DNA from: Enterobacteria phage GiZh
Sequence record: NC_054903.1
DNA: 64,000 nt
Reading direction: 5' to 3' (one strand)
The notes beneath the pieces are model-generated. The model did no database searches. It was not told where the DNA came from and saw nothing but the letters and a program-made list of their open reading frames with translations. Both the position numbers and the translations under genes were made by a program. Positions 9,109 to 17,004 of the stretch are shown here, piece after piece (the stretch's first letter is position 1; each line of letters starts with the position of its first letter).

Positions 9109-9420
9109 TCACTTTGAAATCATAGTTGGAATGACAGAATCAAGATAAGTCTTTAGTGCAATAGCTTCGTCTTTGGTAAATGTGACAATATGTGCTCGAG
9201 AATCATCATTTTGGCGAACAAGTACGACATCGCCATCTTCATAAGAAGTCTTGACATCCAAAGTCGTAGTATAGTTTGCAGCTACTGGATTAATAATGTT
9301 AGCACCGCGATCTTTAGCCCATTGAAGTTTAGCCTTTTCGGGTGTTTCGGCTGTTTCAGATTCTAAGAATTCTTTCACCTTGGCAACGAATGTTGCCCAA
9401 TTGTTGATAGAAAGACACAT
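9109..9420 (-). CDS. hypothetical protein, ~103 aa (start uncertain)
   Basis: ORF track 9109..9480 starts at GTG and overlaps the upstream gene by 50 nt; first in-frame ATG is at 9420 but lacks a clear Shine-Dalgarno. C-terminus EAIALKTYLDSVIPTMISK is paralogous to 8581..9102. Confidence 0.5.
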   Translation of the reverse strand: MCLSINNWATFVAKVKEFLESETAETPEKAKLQWAKDRGANIINPVAANYTTTLDVKTSYEDGDVVLVRQNDDSRAHIVTFTKDEAIALKTYLDSVIPTMISK

Positions 9421-9430
9421 AAATTCAGTT

Positions 9431-9652
9431 TCAAATATTACCGCCGTAAAGGCCACGATAAAAACGAACTTGGAGGTCACCTGTAATATTAGTTACACCG
9501 GTAACTCCTGAGGGAGCATAAGATAAAATCGCAGCCAGTTCCATAGGAAGAATAGTAATACTATCGTCTTCCTGCGTCAGAACGTATACATTACCGCGTT
9601 TTTCGATAACTAGGTCACCGAACAAATCAGTTGTTTCAATTACAGCTTTCAT
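9431..9652 (-). CDS. hypothetical protein, ~73 aa
   Basis: ORF track 9431..9664 (TTG start) trimmed to ATG at 9652; positioned for translational coupling to the upstream gene stop. Weak support. Confidence 0.45.
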   Translation of the reverse strand: MKAVIETTDLFGDLVIEKRGNVYVLTQEDDSITILPMELAAILSYAPSGVTGVTNITGDLQVRFYRGLYGGNI

Positions 9653-9653
9653 A

Positions 9654-9839
9654 TTATTTACCAATTAAAGTTTCAATATAAGAATCAAGATTTACTTTAG
9701 CTTCTTCCATAAGAGTTTTGTATTTAATCTTGTTAGCATGTCCGGAGAAAGCTGATTCATCAATAATTGTTGATGTATGAACAGCTTTACTATACGTCTC
9801 AATTAATTCTCTTAATTTAAAAGCCTGCTCACTTGTCAT
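9654..9839 (-). CDS. small helical protein, 61 aa
   Basis: ATG with GAGGAG upstream; early promoter element at 9972-10000 upstream. Confidence 0.55.
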   Translation of the reverse strand: MTSEQAFKLRELIETYSKAVHTSTIIDESAFSGHANKIKYKTLMEEAKVNLDSYIETLIGK

Positions 9840-9971
9840 TACATACTCCTCTGAATCATATCAATAATGTTGTTTACCAAATTATAAGTAAACATTGGGT
9901 AATTATATTGAATCATCACATACACAACAAACAAAACTTTCATTCTCTTCTCCTTGGCAGTTGACAAGATT

Positions 9972-10000
9972 ACTATACCATAACCTTGCCAACTTGTAAA
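9972..10000 (-). promoter_or_regulatory. early promoter-like element: -35 TTTACA, 17 bp, -10 TATAGT
   Basis: Located in the 170-bp intergenic gap upstream of the gene at 9654-9839. Confidence 0.45.
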
Positions 10001-10006
10001 CCATTA

Positions 10007-10177
10007 AATGACGTTTTCAATAAAATTCTGAAGCTTTGTGTGAGCATCAACCATGATTTTCATTTCTTCTTTGGCGAAAGCTGTACCTCTTTCCCGAGCA
10101 GAATACTCATAGTCAGAAACTGCATTAGCATATTCTTCAATTAGCTTCATTAAAAACATCTGCTTTTCAGTTTTCAT
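10007..10177 (-). CDS. small helical protein, ~56 aa (below the ORF-track length cut-off)
   Basis: My own translation of the minus strand: MKTEKQMFLMKLIEEYANAVSDYEY...; resembles neighbouring small ORFs in composition. Coordinates approximate. Confidence 0.4.
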
Positions 10178-10361
10178 TATTCCACCTAATCATTTCAAGA
10201 TATTGAACTAATTTAGCTTTAGATTTGTCCAAATCCTTTTTAGCTGCTTCTATACCGTCGTATGAATATCCTTCACAATGCTCAACTGCTAATTGGTATG
10301 AATCTATTTCAATATCATGCGCTAATTTAATGATTTTTTCAAACTGTTCGCGTGTTAGCAT
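10167..10361 (-). CDS. small acidic helical protein, 64 aa
   Basis: ORF track; ATG start. Confidence 0.55.
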   Translation of the reverse strand: MLTREQFEKIIKLAHDIEIDSYQLAVEHCEGYSYDGIEAAKKDLDKSKAKLVQYLEMIRWNNEN

Positions 10362-10363
10362 AA

Positions 10364-10567
10364 TTAAACTCTCGTATTATGATCGATAATTTCATCAAGA
10401 AACATATCTAACGCTTCTAAAGCATTATCAACTTTAGCTTCAAGTTCATCAATACCTTTATTTGCAATGCCTGACGAAAACCAAGCAAAGTCACTAAGTT
10501 CCTCGTCTGCTTTACGAATTAAAGCTACCAATTCTTTAATCTTATCCGCTTGCTCTATACTAATCAT
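10364..10567 (-). CDS. small acidic helical protein, 67 aa
   Basis: ORF track 10364..10603 trimmed to ATG at 10567 ([13 protein letters not shown]) with GGTGG upstream; TAATG overlap with the upstream stop. Confidence 0.55.
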   Translation of the reverse strand: MISIEQADKIKELVALIRKADEELSDFAWFSSGIANKGIDELEAKVDNALEALDMFLDEIIDHNTRV

Positions 10568-10755
10568 TATTCCACCACATATGACAGAGAGAATATTGCA
10601 CACGCCATGTGAGTTGCAACTTCATCACACATATTATAACGTTTCTTAAGAAATTCTACAAGTTCTTCACTAGTAACTTCATCCATGTCGACGAAAAAAT
10701 CACCATTAATGATGACGTAGATATTTCCTTCTTGATTGAGTGCTTCAATTTTCAT
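10567..10755 (-). CDS. small acidic protein, 62 aa
   Basis: ORF track 10567..10800 trimmed to ATG at 10755 ([10 protein letters not shown]) with AGAGGAG upstream; the longer version would start inside the promoter at 10784-10812. Confidence 0.55.
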   Translation of the reverse strand: MKIEALNQEGNIYVIINGDFFVDMDEVTSEELVEFLKKRYNMCDEVATHMACAIFSLSYVVE

Positions 10756-10783
10756 GATGTTCTCCTCTTTATCCGATAGTTGT

Positions 10784-10812
10784 ATAGTATCACAGCTCAA
10801 ACGGAAAGTAAA
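10784..10812 (-). promoter_or_regulatory. early promoter (PeSL-type): -35 TTTACT, 17 bp, -10 TACTAT
   Basis: Immediately downstream of the terminator at 10818-10845 and upstream of the gene at 10567-10755. Confidence 0.55.
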
Positions 10813-10817
10813 CCGGT

Positions 10818-10845
10818 AAAATGAAAAAAGTCTCCCGAAGGAGAC
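10818..10845 (-). terminator. rho-independent terminator after the gene at 10851-11237
   Basis: Stem GTCTCC-(CGAA)-GGAGAC followed on the minus strand by UUUUUUCAUUUU. Confidence 0.75.
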
Positions 10846-10850
10846 TAATG

Positions 10851-11237
10851 TTATTCGAGGGAAAGAAGATACTTACTCTGGTAAAACATTCCAGTAATAT
10901 CATCTATCGTGCTTTGGATGGCTGGAGGCATTTCTTTATAAATGCTGTTAGATTGGTCTAGTATGTGATCAATCATTTTAATTGTGTCGGTAGGAAGTTT
11001 ACTGGCATCTGGAATTGAAGGCGTGTATTTTCTACCAGAATACCCCAAATATTGCTCACCAAATTTATCAATCAAATCTGGCAACTCGGAGAAAATAAAA
11101 TCGTATGCTTTGTGTCTAGCATAACTTTTAGTTTCAAAATGTGCAGAATGAAAATAAGCTTGTGCAGCCATTAATAAACCTAAGTATTCATCTGCCTTTG
11201 AAGGTTTTCCACTTTGTGAAAAGTCGCTGAATTTCAT
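10851..11237 (-). CDS. hypothetical protein, 128 aa (position of T4 rI.-1)
   Basis: ORF track; ATG; immediately downstream of rI. Confidence 0.7.
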   Translation of the reverse strand: MKFSDFSQSGKPSKADEYLGLLMAAQAYFHSAHFETKSYARHKAYDFIFSELPDLIDKFGEQYLGYSGRKYTPSIPDASKLPTDTIKMIDHILDQSNSIYKEMPPAIQSTIDDITGMFYQSKYLLSLE

Positions 11238-11527
11238 TCAGTCTCCAATTTAATGTTCATAATTCTAGCGTATGATTGTGCCATCTCCGCGCCTCGTTCT
11301 ATACATTCAAAATCAGAAGAGCACGGGTCATTTTTATAGGTCGTTCTCATAAAACTATAGAATTGTTCAGACGATTCTACGCTTTTATTTTCAAAAAGTG
11401 TATAAACGTGCCTAATACCAGATTCCATAAATTTATCAAAATGAGGATCGACATTCGCTTCAATCGATGGAGATAAAACAAATGACAATCCTAGCATGGC
11501 AAAAAGTGCCGTTGCTTTTAAGGCCAT
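11234..11527 (-). CDS. rI: RI lysis-inhibition regulator (membrane-anchored, periplasmic)
   Basis: 97 aa, MALKATALFAMLGLSFVLSPSIEANVDPHFDKF...; I recognise this as T4 RI; N-terminal signal-anchor; AGGAGG upstream. Confidence 0.9.
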   Translation of the reverse strand: MALKATALFAMLGLSFVLSPSIEANVDPHFDKFMESGIRHVYTLFENKSVESSEQFYSFMRTTYKNDPCSSDFECIERGAEMAQSYARIMNIKLETE

Positions 11528-11539
11528 AAAGGCCTCCTA

Positions 11540-11752
11540 TCATTTTTGTCCTGTATTTACTTTATGCCGATGCACGGCCTTAACTTTATCAAGGTATTTT
11601 TCAAAATTTCGCAATCTAGTATAGTCTGCCGGAGATTGGTTGAGTGATACTTCTCGACGCAAAGCTGAAATGATATTTCCAACTTCCCTACGAATTTCAT
11701 CTAATTGAAGAACAGTAAGATTGCGAAGTTGCTTTTCAGTTAATTGTAGCAT
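11540..11752 (-). CDS. hypothetical protein, 70 aa (position of T4 rI.1)
   Basis: ORF track; ATG with AAAGGGG upstream. Confidence 0.65.
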
Positions 11753-11794
11753 ATATACCCCTTTAGTTAGATAAACCTATTTATAACTTTTGCA

Positions 11795-12376
11795 CTAACC
11801 GAGCTTTTTAGTTAATTCATTCCAATGTTTTCTGCACAAAGAAACATAAATTTCATCACCAATACAGATTTGATTACCTTCTTTAACTGGTGTTCCATCT
11901 TCCATTAATCGAGCTGTCATAATCGCTTTTTTGCCGCAATGACAAACTGCCTTTAGTTCAATAAGTTTATCTGCAATCGCTAAAAGTTCTTTAGAACCTT
12001 CAAACAATTTTCCAGCGAAATCAGTCCTTAATCCATAAGCCATAACAGGAACATTATATGTATCAACAATTCGGCTCAATTGATGCACCTGTTCAGTTTT
12101 TAAAAACTGAGCTTCATCTACAAATACGCAATGAATATCTTTTTGTGCTTCAGCCCATTTATAGAACTCGAAAATATCCATATCATCTGTAATAATATTC
12201 GCTTCCTGTTTAATTCCAATGCGAGAAACAACTTCACAGACAGAATCGCGAGTATCAATAGCAGGCTTAAGAACTAATACACTCATTCCACGTTCTTTAT
12301 AATTATGTGCAGCAGTCAAAAGAGAAGCAGATTTTCCAGCATTCATTGCTGCATAAGTAAAAATTAAACTCGCCAT
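11795..12376 (-). CDS. tk: thymidine kinase
   Basis: 193 aa; N-terminal P-loop-like AAMNAGKS and two CxxC pairs typical of type II thymidine kinases; matches T4 Tk length and sequence from memory. Confidence 0.92.
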   Translation of the reverse strand: MASLIFTYAAMNAGKSASLLTAAHNYKERGMSVLVLKPAIDTRDSVCEVVSRIGIKQEANIITDDMDIFEFYKWAEAQKDIHCVFVDEAQFLKTEQVHQLSRIVDTYNVPVMAYGLRTDFAGKLFEGSKELLAIADKLIELKAVCHCGKKAIMTARLMEDGTPVKEGNQICIGDEIYVSLCRKHWNELTKKLG

Positions 12377-12385
12377 ATCACCTTC

Positions 12386-12571
12386 TTAAAGCGTATTCAC
12401 ATAAGCTATTAATTCATTTTCTTTCTTATCAAACCGATCAGCAAATTCTTCCTGCTGTTCTGGAGATAGCGGGCCGTATTCATCATAAAAGGTGTTTGCT
12501 TCTATATGCTCATCTAGAAGTTCATGGATAAGCTCAAACAATTTATCTTTTTGTTCTTTGCTTAGACTCAC
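12386..12571 (-). CDS. small acidic helical protein, 61 aa (GTG start)
   Basis: ORF track; only start is GTG at 12571; composition like the 9654-10755 small proteins. Confidence 0.5.
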   Translation of the reverse strand: MSLSKEQKDKLFELIHELLDEHIEANTFYDEYGPLSPEQQEEFADRFDKKENELIAYVNTL

Positions 12572-12740
12572 AGTATGTCAATCCCCAAAAGTTTTAAAAT
12601 GACTCGTTTCTGATTCATAACCGCTACGATTGAATGACCGTTGGGGTCTTTTTGACCTGATCCAATTATAAATCCTTTTTGCGCAGAAAGTTCAATCAAA
12701 ACATCAAGTTCACGTAATAATTGATATTTTAAATCATCAT

Positions 12741-12953
12741 TCATTTTGGTTTACCTTCTTTAACGAAATCAGGATAAGGATAAAATCCTGAATAAAATCC
12801 TTCACCTTTATGATTGATGCATCCTTTATTAGAACAATAGCACCAATAATCGAAATCACAAGCCATTTCATCGTTGCATAAAGCAAAAACAACCGGCCAC
12901 TTACACTTTTCACAGTGGGCATTTTTAAGAATACTAGTTTGGCTCATAACCAT
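12741..12953 (-). CDS. cysteine-rich small protein, ~70 aa
   Basis: ORF track 12741..12968 (TTG start) trimmed to ATG at 12953; multiple Cys (CEKCKW...CNDEMACDFDYWCYCSNKGC) suggest metal binding. Confidence 0.5.
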   Translation of the reverse strand: MVMSQTSILKNAHCEKCKWPVVFALCNDEMACDFDYWCYCSNKGCINHKGEGFYSGFYPYPDFVKEGKPK

Positions 12954-13156
12954 GTAACCTTTAAGCAATATTCTTCTACATGTTGTTTACGACCTTTCTT
13001 ATCAATAAAGGTATATTCAACGAATGTTCCAATGTAGTCTTTATCTACATCATGTGGACTATTAATTGGACATTTAGTACGGCAAATGCGTTCCCATTGA
13101 CGAATAATTACTGCTTTGTTTTTAGGATCAAACGGATGCGGGTAATGTACTTTCAT
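12944..13156 (-). CDS. small Cys/His-containing protein, 70 aa
   Basis: ORF track; ATG with GGTGG upstream. Confidence 0.5.
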   Translation of the reverse strand: MKVHYPHPFDPKNKAVIIRQWERICRTKCPINSPHDVDKDYIGTFVEYTFIDKKGRKQHVEEYCLKVTWL

Positions 13157-13607
13157 AATCCACCACTATTAAATCAATATCAGGAGTAAACATGTCGATT
13201 AATTTAGAAACCTTATCCCAATCGCCGCCAGCAATACCACAACCTATGCGTGGAATGTAAATTACCGGTTTAAACAAAAGGGTTTCTGCCTGTAGATTTA
13301 ATTCTATCATGCAGTTTACTAAAGCACCATAATCAAGATTAGGACCTGGTTCGTATTGCGTATACAAGTTATAACATATGCCAAAACCATTAGGTTTATG
13401 TTTAAAAACAATAGACATATCGCCTAATTTATCACGAGAACCGTACTCAGTAGTGGTTTTATCTATTTCTAAAATTTTGGGATAGGCTCTTGCTAATTGA
13501 CCCGCTACACCTGAACCCATAGTATGAAAACAATTGCACCCGTGCGCAATAATATTACCTTGAAGAAATAGGGCGACAATATCGCCCTTGATATATTTTG
13601 CAATCAT
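13128..13607 (-). CDS. macro-domain (ADP-ribose binding/processing) protein, 159 aa
   Basis: Motifs GDIVALFLQGNIIAHGCNC, MGSGVAGQL and IGCGIAGGDW correspond to the three conserved macro-domain loops; ATGA overlap with the upstream gene. Confidence 0.8.
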   Translation of the reverse strand: MIAKYIKGDIVALFLQGNIIAHGCNCFHTMGSGVAGQLARAYPKILEIDKTTTEYGSRDKLGDMSIVFKHKPNGFGICYNLYTQYEPGPNLDYGALVNCMIELNLQAETLLFKPVIYIPRIGCGIAGGDWDKVSKLIDMFTPDIDLIVVDYESTLPASV

Positions 13608-13945
13608 CTAGTACTCAATCCTCGATTATAAGAATCTACCAAACGGTCAACCATTGAATGACAAGCGGCTTTATCTTTCTCCTCCGCAACTGAACATTCT
13701 AAGGTATTCCACTTTTTAGCATATCGTTTTAATAATGTATCGTTTTTGTATCTACTTGATTTATCTCTTTCTCCGTCTTTATATGCATATATTAATTTCT
13801 GCGCAAATTCAGCTTGGCATGCTTTATTTTTCCCGCAATAATCCGCTGCAGTACGGTTTACATACTCTCTAATTTCAGTATATGATGTATCTGCTAACGC
13901 AGAAAATGAAATTAATCCTATACATAAAACCAAAATTTTAGTCAT
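13604..13945 (-). CDS. small secreted protein, 113 aa (position of T4 vs)
   Basis: N-terminal signal peptide MTKILVLCIGLISFSALA; identity with T4 Vs is positional only. Confidence 0.6.
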   Translation of the reverse strand: MTKILVLCIGLISFSALADTSYTEIREYVNRTAADYCGKNKACQAEFAQKLIYAYKDGERDKSSRYKNDTLLKRYAKKWNTLECSVAEEKDKAACHSMVDRLVDSYNRGLSTR

Positions 13946-14483
13946 TTACTATTTCCAAAAGTTTATTATTTTTAAGGTAATTAGCCTTTTCTAGGACTTC
14001 AGAAGCATATTTAGAACCTGCTTTAACATTCCATCCCGAATTATAAGAGGATATTGCTTTTCTTATATCGCCCTTATGTATATTTAACCAATAAGAAAGT
14101 TCAATGTACGCCCAGGAAGCTGAATTGGATCGTTTATTCAACATTCTTTTTATTTCAGCATCGGTCATATTATAACCAAGTTCCTTAACTCTTGCTCGCA
14201 TAGTAGGCAAATAATTTTGGAACATTCCATAAGCGTGATGCTTTGGTTTAGATTTTAAATTAACTCCGCCAGAGCTTTCTTGCCATAAAATAGCAGCCAT
14301 TATATGACCTAATCCGCTCTTGTGGATATTTTTGTGTGTTTTATATTTTCCATCCTTAGAAAACTGTTCCCCGAATTGATACGCGTAACGCATGTTATCG
14401 AGTTGGACATTACTGAAAGTATGCTCGGAGCTATGTGCCATCATTGAAATGGCCAATAGACCAGCGAGTAGTGCTTTTCTCAT
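13938..14483 (-). CDS. secreted lytic transglycosylase (SLT domain), 181 aa
   Basis: Signal peptide MRKALLAGLLAISMMAHS; SLT catalytic region ILWQESSGG and AYGMFQ; GAGGT upstream of ATG. Confidence 0.8.
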   Translation of the reverse strand: MRKALLAGLLAISMMAHSSEHTFSNVQLDNMRYAYQFGEQFSKDGKYKTHKNIHKSGLGHIMAAILWQESSGGVNLKSKPKHHAYGMFQNYLPTMRARVKELGYNMTDAEIKRMLNKRSNSASWAYIELSYWLNIHKGDIRKAISSYNSGWNVKAGSKYASEVLEKANYLKNNKLLEIVND

Positions 14484-14490
14484 GCTTACC

Positions 14491-14952
14491 TCATTGAGTT
14501 TTAATTACTGCTTTAGAAGCCTTTCCTGGTAAACGACGACTGTTGATAATTGCCATCCTGCATTGAAGTGACGGGTTTTTGAACTTCTCATTAGGCTTAC
14601 AAACCGTAAATCCAAGCCAAAGATTTCCATCTGTGATTTCTAAACGTCCAGGACGATATTCAACCCCATCAATAAAATCCTCGTCAATGTCAGGACGCGG
14701 AGGCATACTCAGGAATTCATTAACTTCTAAAACATGGTCTTTTATTTTATGGAATAATTCAAAAACATATGTCTCATCAATCTCCCGTTGAATTGCACGA
14801 TCAAGAAGATGCTGAGAATATTTTAGATGAAACGATGAGACCCCTGCTGCTTTTGATGCCTCACGAATCTCATTGTTAATTTGACGAAACTCCGACTCAA
14901 AATGACGACGAAGCTTATTTCGACGGATAAAAACTTCTGTGTTGATAGTCAT
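14491..14952 (-). CDS. regB: RegB sequence-specific endoribonuclease
   Basis: 153 aa beginning MTINTEVFIRRNKLRRHFESEF; matches my recollection of T4 RegB in sequence, length and position; GAGGAG upstream; own early promoter at 14980-15008. Confidence 0.85.
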   Translation of the reverse strand: MTINTEVFIRRNKLRRHFESEFRQINNEIREASKAAGVSSFHLKYSQHLLDRAIQREIDETYVFELFHKIKDHVLEVNEFLSMPPRPDIDEDFIDGVEYRPGRLEITDGNLWLGFTVCKPNEKFKNPSLQCRMAIINSRRLPGKASKAVIKTQ

Positions 14953-14979
14953 GTTATTCTCCTCTTAACTGATAGAAAA

Positions 14980-15008
14980 ATTATACCACAGTCAAGAGGA
15001 AAAGTAAA
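14980..15008 (-). promoter_or_regulatory. early promoter (PeSL-type) of regB: -35 TTTACT, 17 bp, -10 TATAAT
   Basis: Inverted repeat TCCTCTT / AAGAGGA (14960-14966, 14994-15000) brackets the -10; 21-nt leader to the regB ATG. Confidence 0.6.
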
Positions 15009-15011
15009 CAG

Positions 15012-15290
15012 TTATTCTTTAAATCTAATCAATTTATTCATAGACTTTGAAACTTCTGCACGAACCTCACGTAAGTTTTTAAGCTGTTCAAGACGCTGCT
15101 CATAGTAAGCAATTTCATCTTCTTCGAGACAGTCCTGTGAATCTTCTTTAAGATAACGTGCATAGTCCTGAAAAGCTTTACGGACTACTTCCTGAAAGTC
15201 ATCAAGACTTTGAATTTTCTTAGGAGCGGCAGATACACGACGAGGTGCAGTATAATACTCATAACCAAACCCTGCACTTAATTGAGCCAT
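15012..15290 (-). CDS. hypothetical protein, 92 aa
   Basis: ORF track 15012..15332 (GTG start) trimmed to ATG at 15290 with AGAGGAA upstream; TAATG coupling to the upstream stop. Confidence 0.55.
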   Translation of the reverse strand: MAQLSAGFGYEYYTAPRRVSAAPKKIQSLDDFQEVVRKAFQDYARYLKEDSQDCLEEDEIAYYEQRLEQLKNLREVRAEVSKSMNKLIRFKE

Positions 15291-15556
15291 TAGTATTTTT
15301 CCTCTGGTTGGAACACTGCACGACAAGCCCACATACTGGCTTCTTTGAGTTTCGTTTTAGCAATAGTTAACTGATCGAGGCTTTCAGCGTAATTCTTCGC
15401 GAGTTCATCATCTTCACAGCTATCAAATGCTTCCCAAAATTCATCGTATAAAGCATCAAAGATAAGTCCTAAACGAACTTCAGCGTCTTTAATAGCATTT
15501 ACTTTACCGATTTTTTCGTCGGTATGCGGCTTATAACCTTTAATATCTTCAATCAT
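15290..15556 (-). CDS. small helical protein, 88 aa; position of T4 vs.4 (anti-CBASS Acb2 family?)
   Basis: ORF track 15290..15592 trimmed to ATG at 15556 (MIEDIKGY) with GAGGAA upstream. Assignment to vs.4/Acb2 is by gene order only. Confidence 0.5.
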   Translation of the reverse strand: MIEDIKGYKPHTDEKIGKVNAIKDAEVRLGLIFDALYDEFWEAFDSCEDDELAKNYAESLDQLTIAKTKLKEASMWACRAVFQPEEKY

Positions 15557-15770
15557 ATTTGACTTCCTCACCAGTGCATAAATCATATTCAACTAAACGA
15601 ATAGGTTCATGAATGCCATATCCTTGAACAGAAATTTCTGTCGTAGGATAAATTCCATCAATATCACCCATATTCCAGGCTTCATTAAATTGCTGTTCGC
15701 CTGAATTACTAAACCACTCGGCGAAAGCATTTAGCACATCTTTAGAACCTTCAATAATTATCTTTGCCAT
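15549..15770 (-). CDS. hypothetical protein, 73 aa
   Basis: ORF track; TAATG coupling to the upstream stop. Confidence 0.55.
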   Translation of the reverse strand: MAKIIIEGSKDVLNAFAEWFSNSGEQQFNEAWNMGDIDGIYPTTEISVQGYGIHEPIRLVEYDLCTGEEVKYD

Positions 15771-16132
15771 TACAAACTCTCGGTGAAGGTACGAGCGATA
15801 ACGTCGCGCTGCTGTTCCGGAGTCAGAGAATTAAAGCGAACTGCATAACCTGATACACGGATGGTCAGCTGCGGATATTTTTCCGGATGCTTAACTGCAT
15901 CTTCCAGAGTTTCACGACGCAGAACGTTAACGTTCAGGTGTTGACCACCTTCAATTTTAACTGTAGGCTGTGGTTCAATTTCAATTTCACGGGCATGCAA
16001 ACCGTAGAAAATTTCTGGGTCTACAAAAGAGTCCTCTTTAAAGGTTTTAGAGACAATAATTCGTGCTTGAATACCATCTTCAAAATAAATAGTACCTTTA
16101 TGTGTGCCTTCAAGAATTTGATATGCTTTCAT
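15770..16132 (-). CDS. autonomous glycyl-radical cofactor protein (GrcA/YfiD-like), 120 aa
   Basis: C-terminus ...[33 protein letters not shown] carries the glycyl-radical motif RVSGY; C-terminal ~60 aa look identical to E. coli GrcA from memory; the 3' half of the gene is visibly GC-richer than flanking phage DNA. Confidence 0.9.
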   Translation of the reverse strand: MKAYQILEGTHKGTIYFEDGIQARIIVSKTFKEDSFVDPEIFYGLHAREIEIEPQPTVKIEGGQHLNVNVLRRETLEDAVKHPEKYPQLTIRVSGYAVRFNSLTPEQQRDVIARTFTESL

Positions 16133-16138
16133 ATAACC

Positions 16139-16468
16139 TCAATTAGAAAATAAATTTATCCAAGATTGTTCTTTAATTAAAAATGGCTCAGAATCATATG
16201 CCATTAAACTTTGGGTAATTAGTCCTTTAAAAGGCCCATCAATAAATTCCATGGTAAAATATGGAATTTTATTCATTAATCTTGCATTAGGAGCAGTGCA
16301 CAAAACTCTGCATCCTTTGAATACGCCTTTTTGTAATTTGTATTGCTTGGGATAAAATTCGCTTAAAATGTTATTATTTGCCAAAATTTCAAAATGATTT
16401 ACCAATTTATTTTTAATAGTTTTTGGCGAAAAATAGAGATATTCGAAAAGCTGTGTGTCTGTCATCAT
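16139..16468 (-). CDS. hypothetical protein, ~109 aa
   Basis: ORF track 16139..16519 trimmed to ATG at 16468 (MMTDTQLFEY), which forms an ATGA overlap with the upstream stop. Confidence 0.55.
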   Translation of the reverse strand: MMTDTQLFEYLYFSPKTIKNKLVNHFEILANNNILSEFYPKQYKLQKGVFKGCRVLCTAPNARLMNKIPYFTMEFIDGPFKGLITQSLMAYDSEPFLIKEQSWINLFSN

Positions 16469-17004
16469 TGCATTCCGATTACGAAAAACTGTGGACGAGT
16501 AATACCACCAATGCAACATTTACTATTACAGCAGTAGTGTACAGTGTCAATATGGACGCTATAAATCTTATCCATATCAGGAGATTTGACAGGCTCATCA
16601 ATTATATACAAAATTCGCGAAAGCGATAAACCTCTGAACTTGCTTCCTTTATTACCGATAAAACTACGGACAGAATCGGTAAATAAACGGAATCGAATAT
16701 CATCGCTAGAATAACGAGAAAATTCTTTTTTAATGTGGCCTGCAGAAATTTTAGCGTAAGCTGAAGTATTAGAAAGAACAATAACTGTTCCACCATCATA
16801 CAGCCAATTAGCGGCAAAGTTAGTTACTGCAGTTGATTTACCGGATTGACGTCCACCATCTATACGAAGTGTGCAGTACTGTTTAAGTAATTCTTCAAAT
16901 GGTGGGATATAATCGTTTTTACAAATTTCTTCTACTCTAGCATCAGAATGGTGTGTAAAAGCATTCATCAGGGATAGATAAGGACCAGTTAAAAATGTTC
17001 TCAT
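16465..17004 (-). CDS. small P-loop NTPase, ~179 aa
   Basis: Walker A GGRQSGKST and Walker-B-like LYIIDE; ORF track 16465..17052 trimmed to ATG at 17004 (MRTFLTGPY) with AGAGAG upstream. Confidence 0.62.
   Translation of the reverse strand: MRTFLTGPYLSLMNAFTHHSDARVEEICKNDYIPPFEELLKQYCTLRIDGGRQSGKSTAVTNFAANWLYDGGTVIVLSNTSAYAKISAGHIKKEFSRYSSDDIRFRLFTDSVRSFIGNKGSKFRGLSLSRILYIIDEPVKSPDMDKIYSVHIDTVHYCCNSKCCIGGITRPQFFVIGMQ

Noticed and set aside
12737-12922. 61-aa minus-strand ORF overlapping the cysteine-rich gene at 12741..12953 in another frame.
   Set aside because: Hydrophobic low-complexity translation fully nested in a better-supported ORF.
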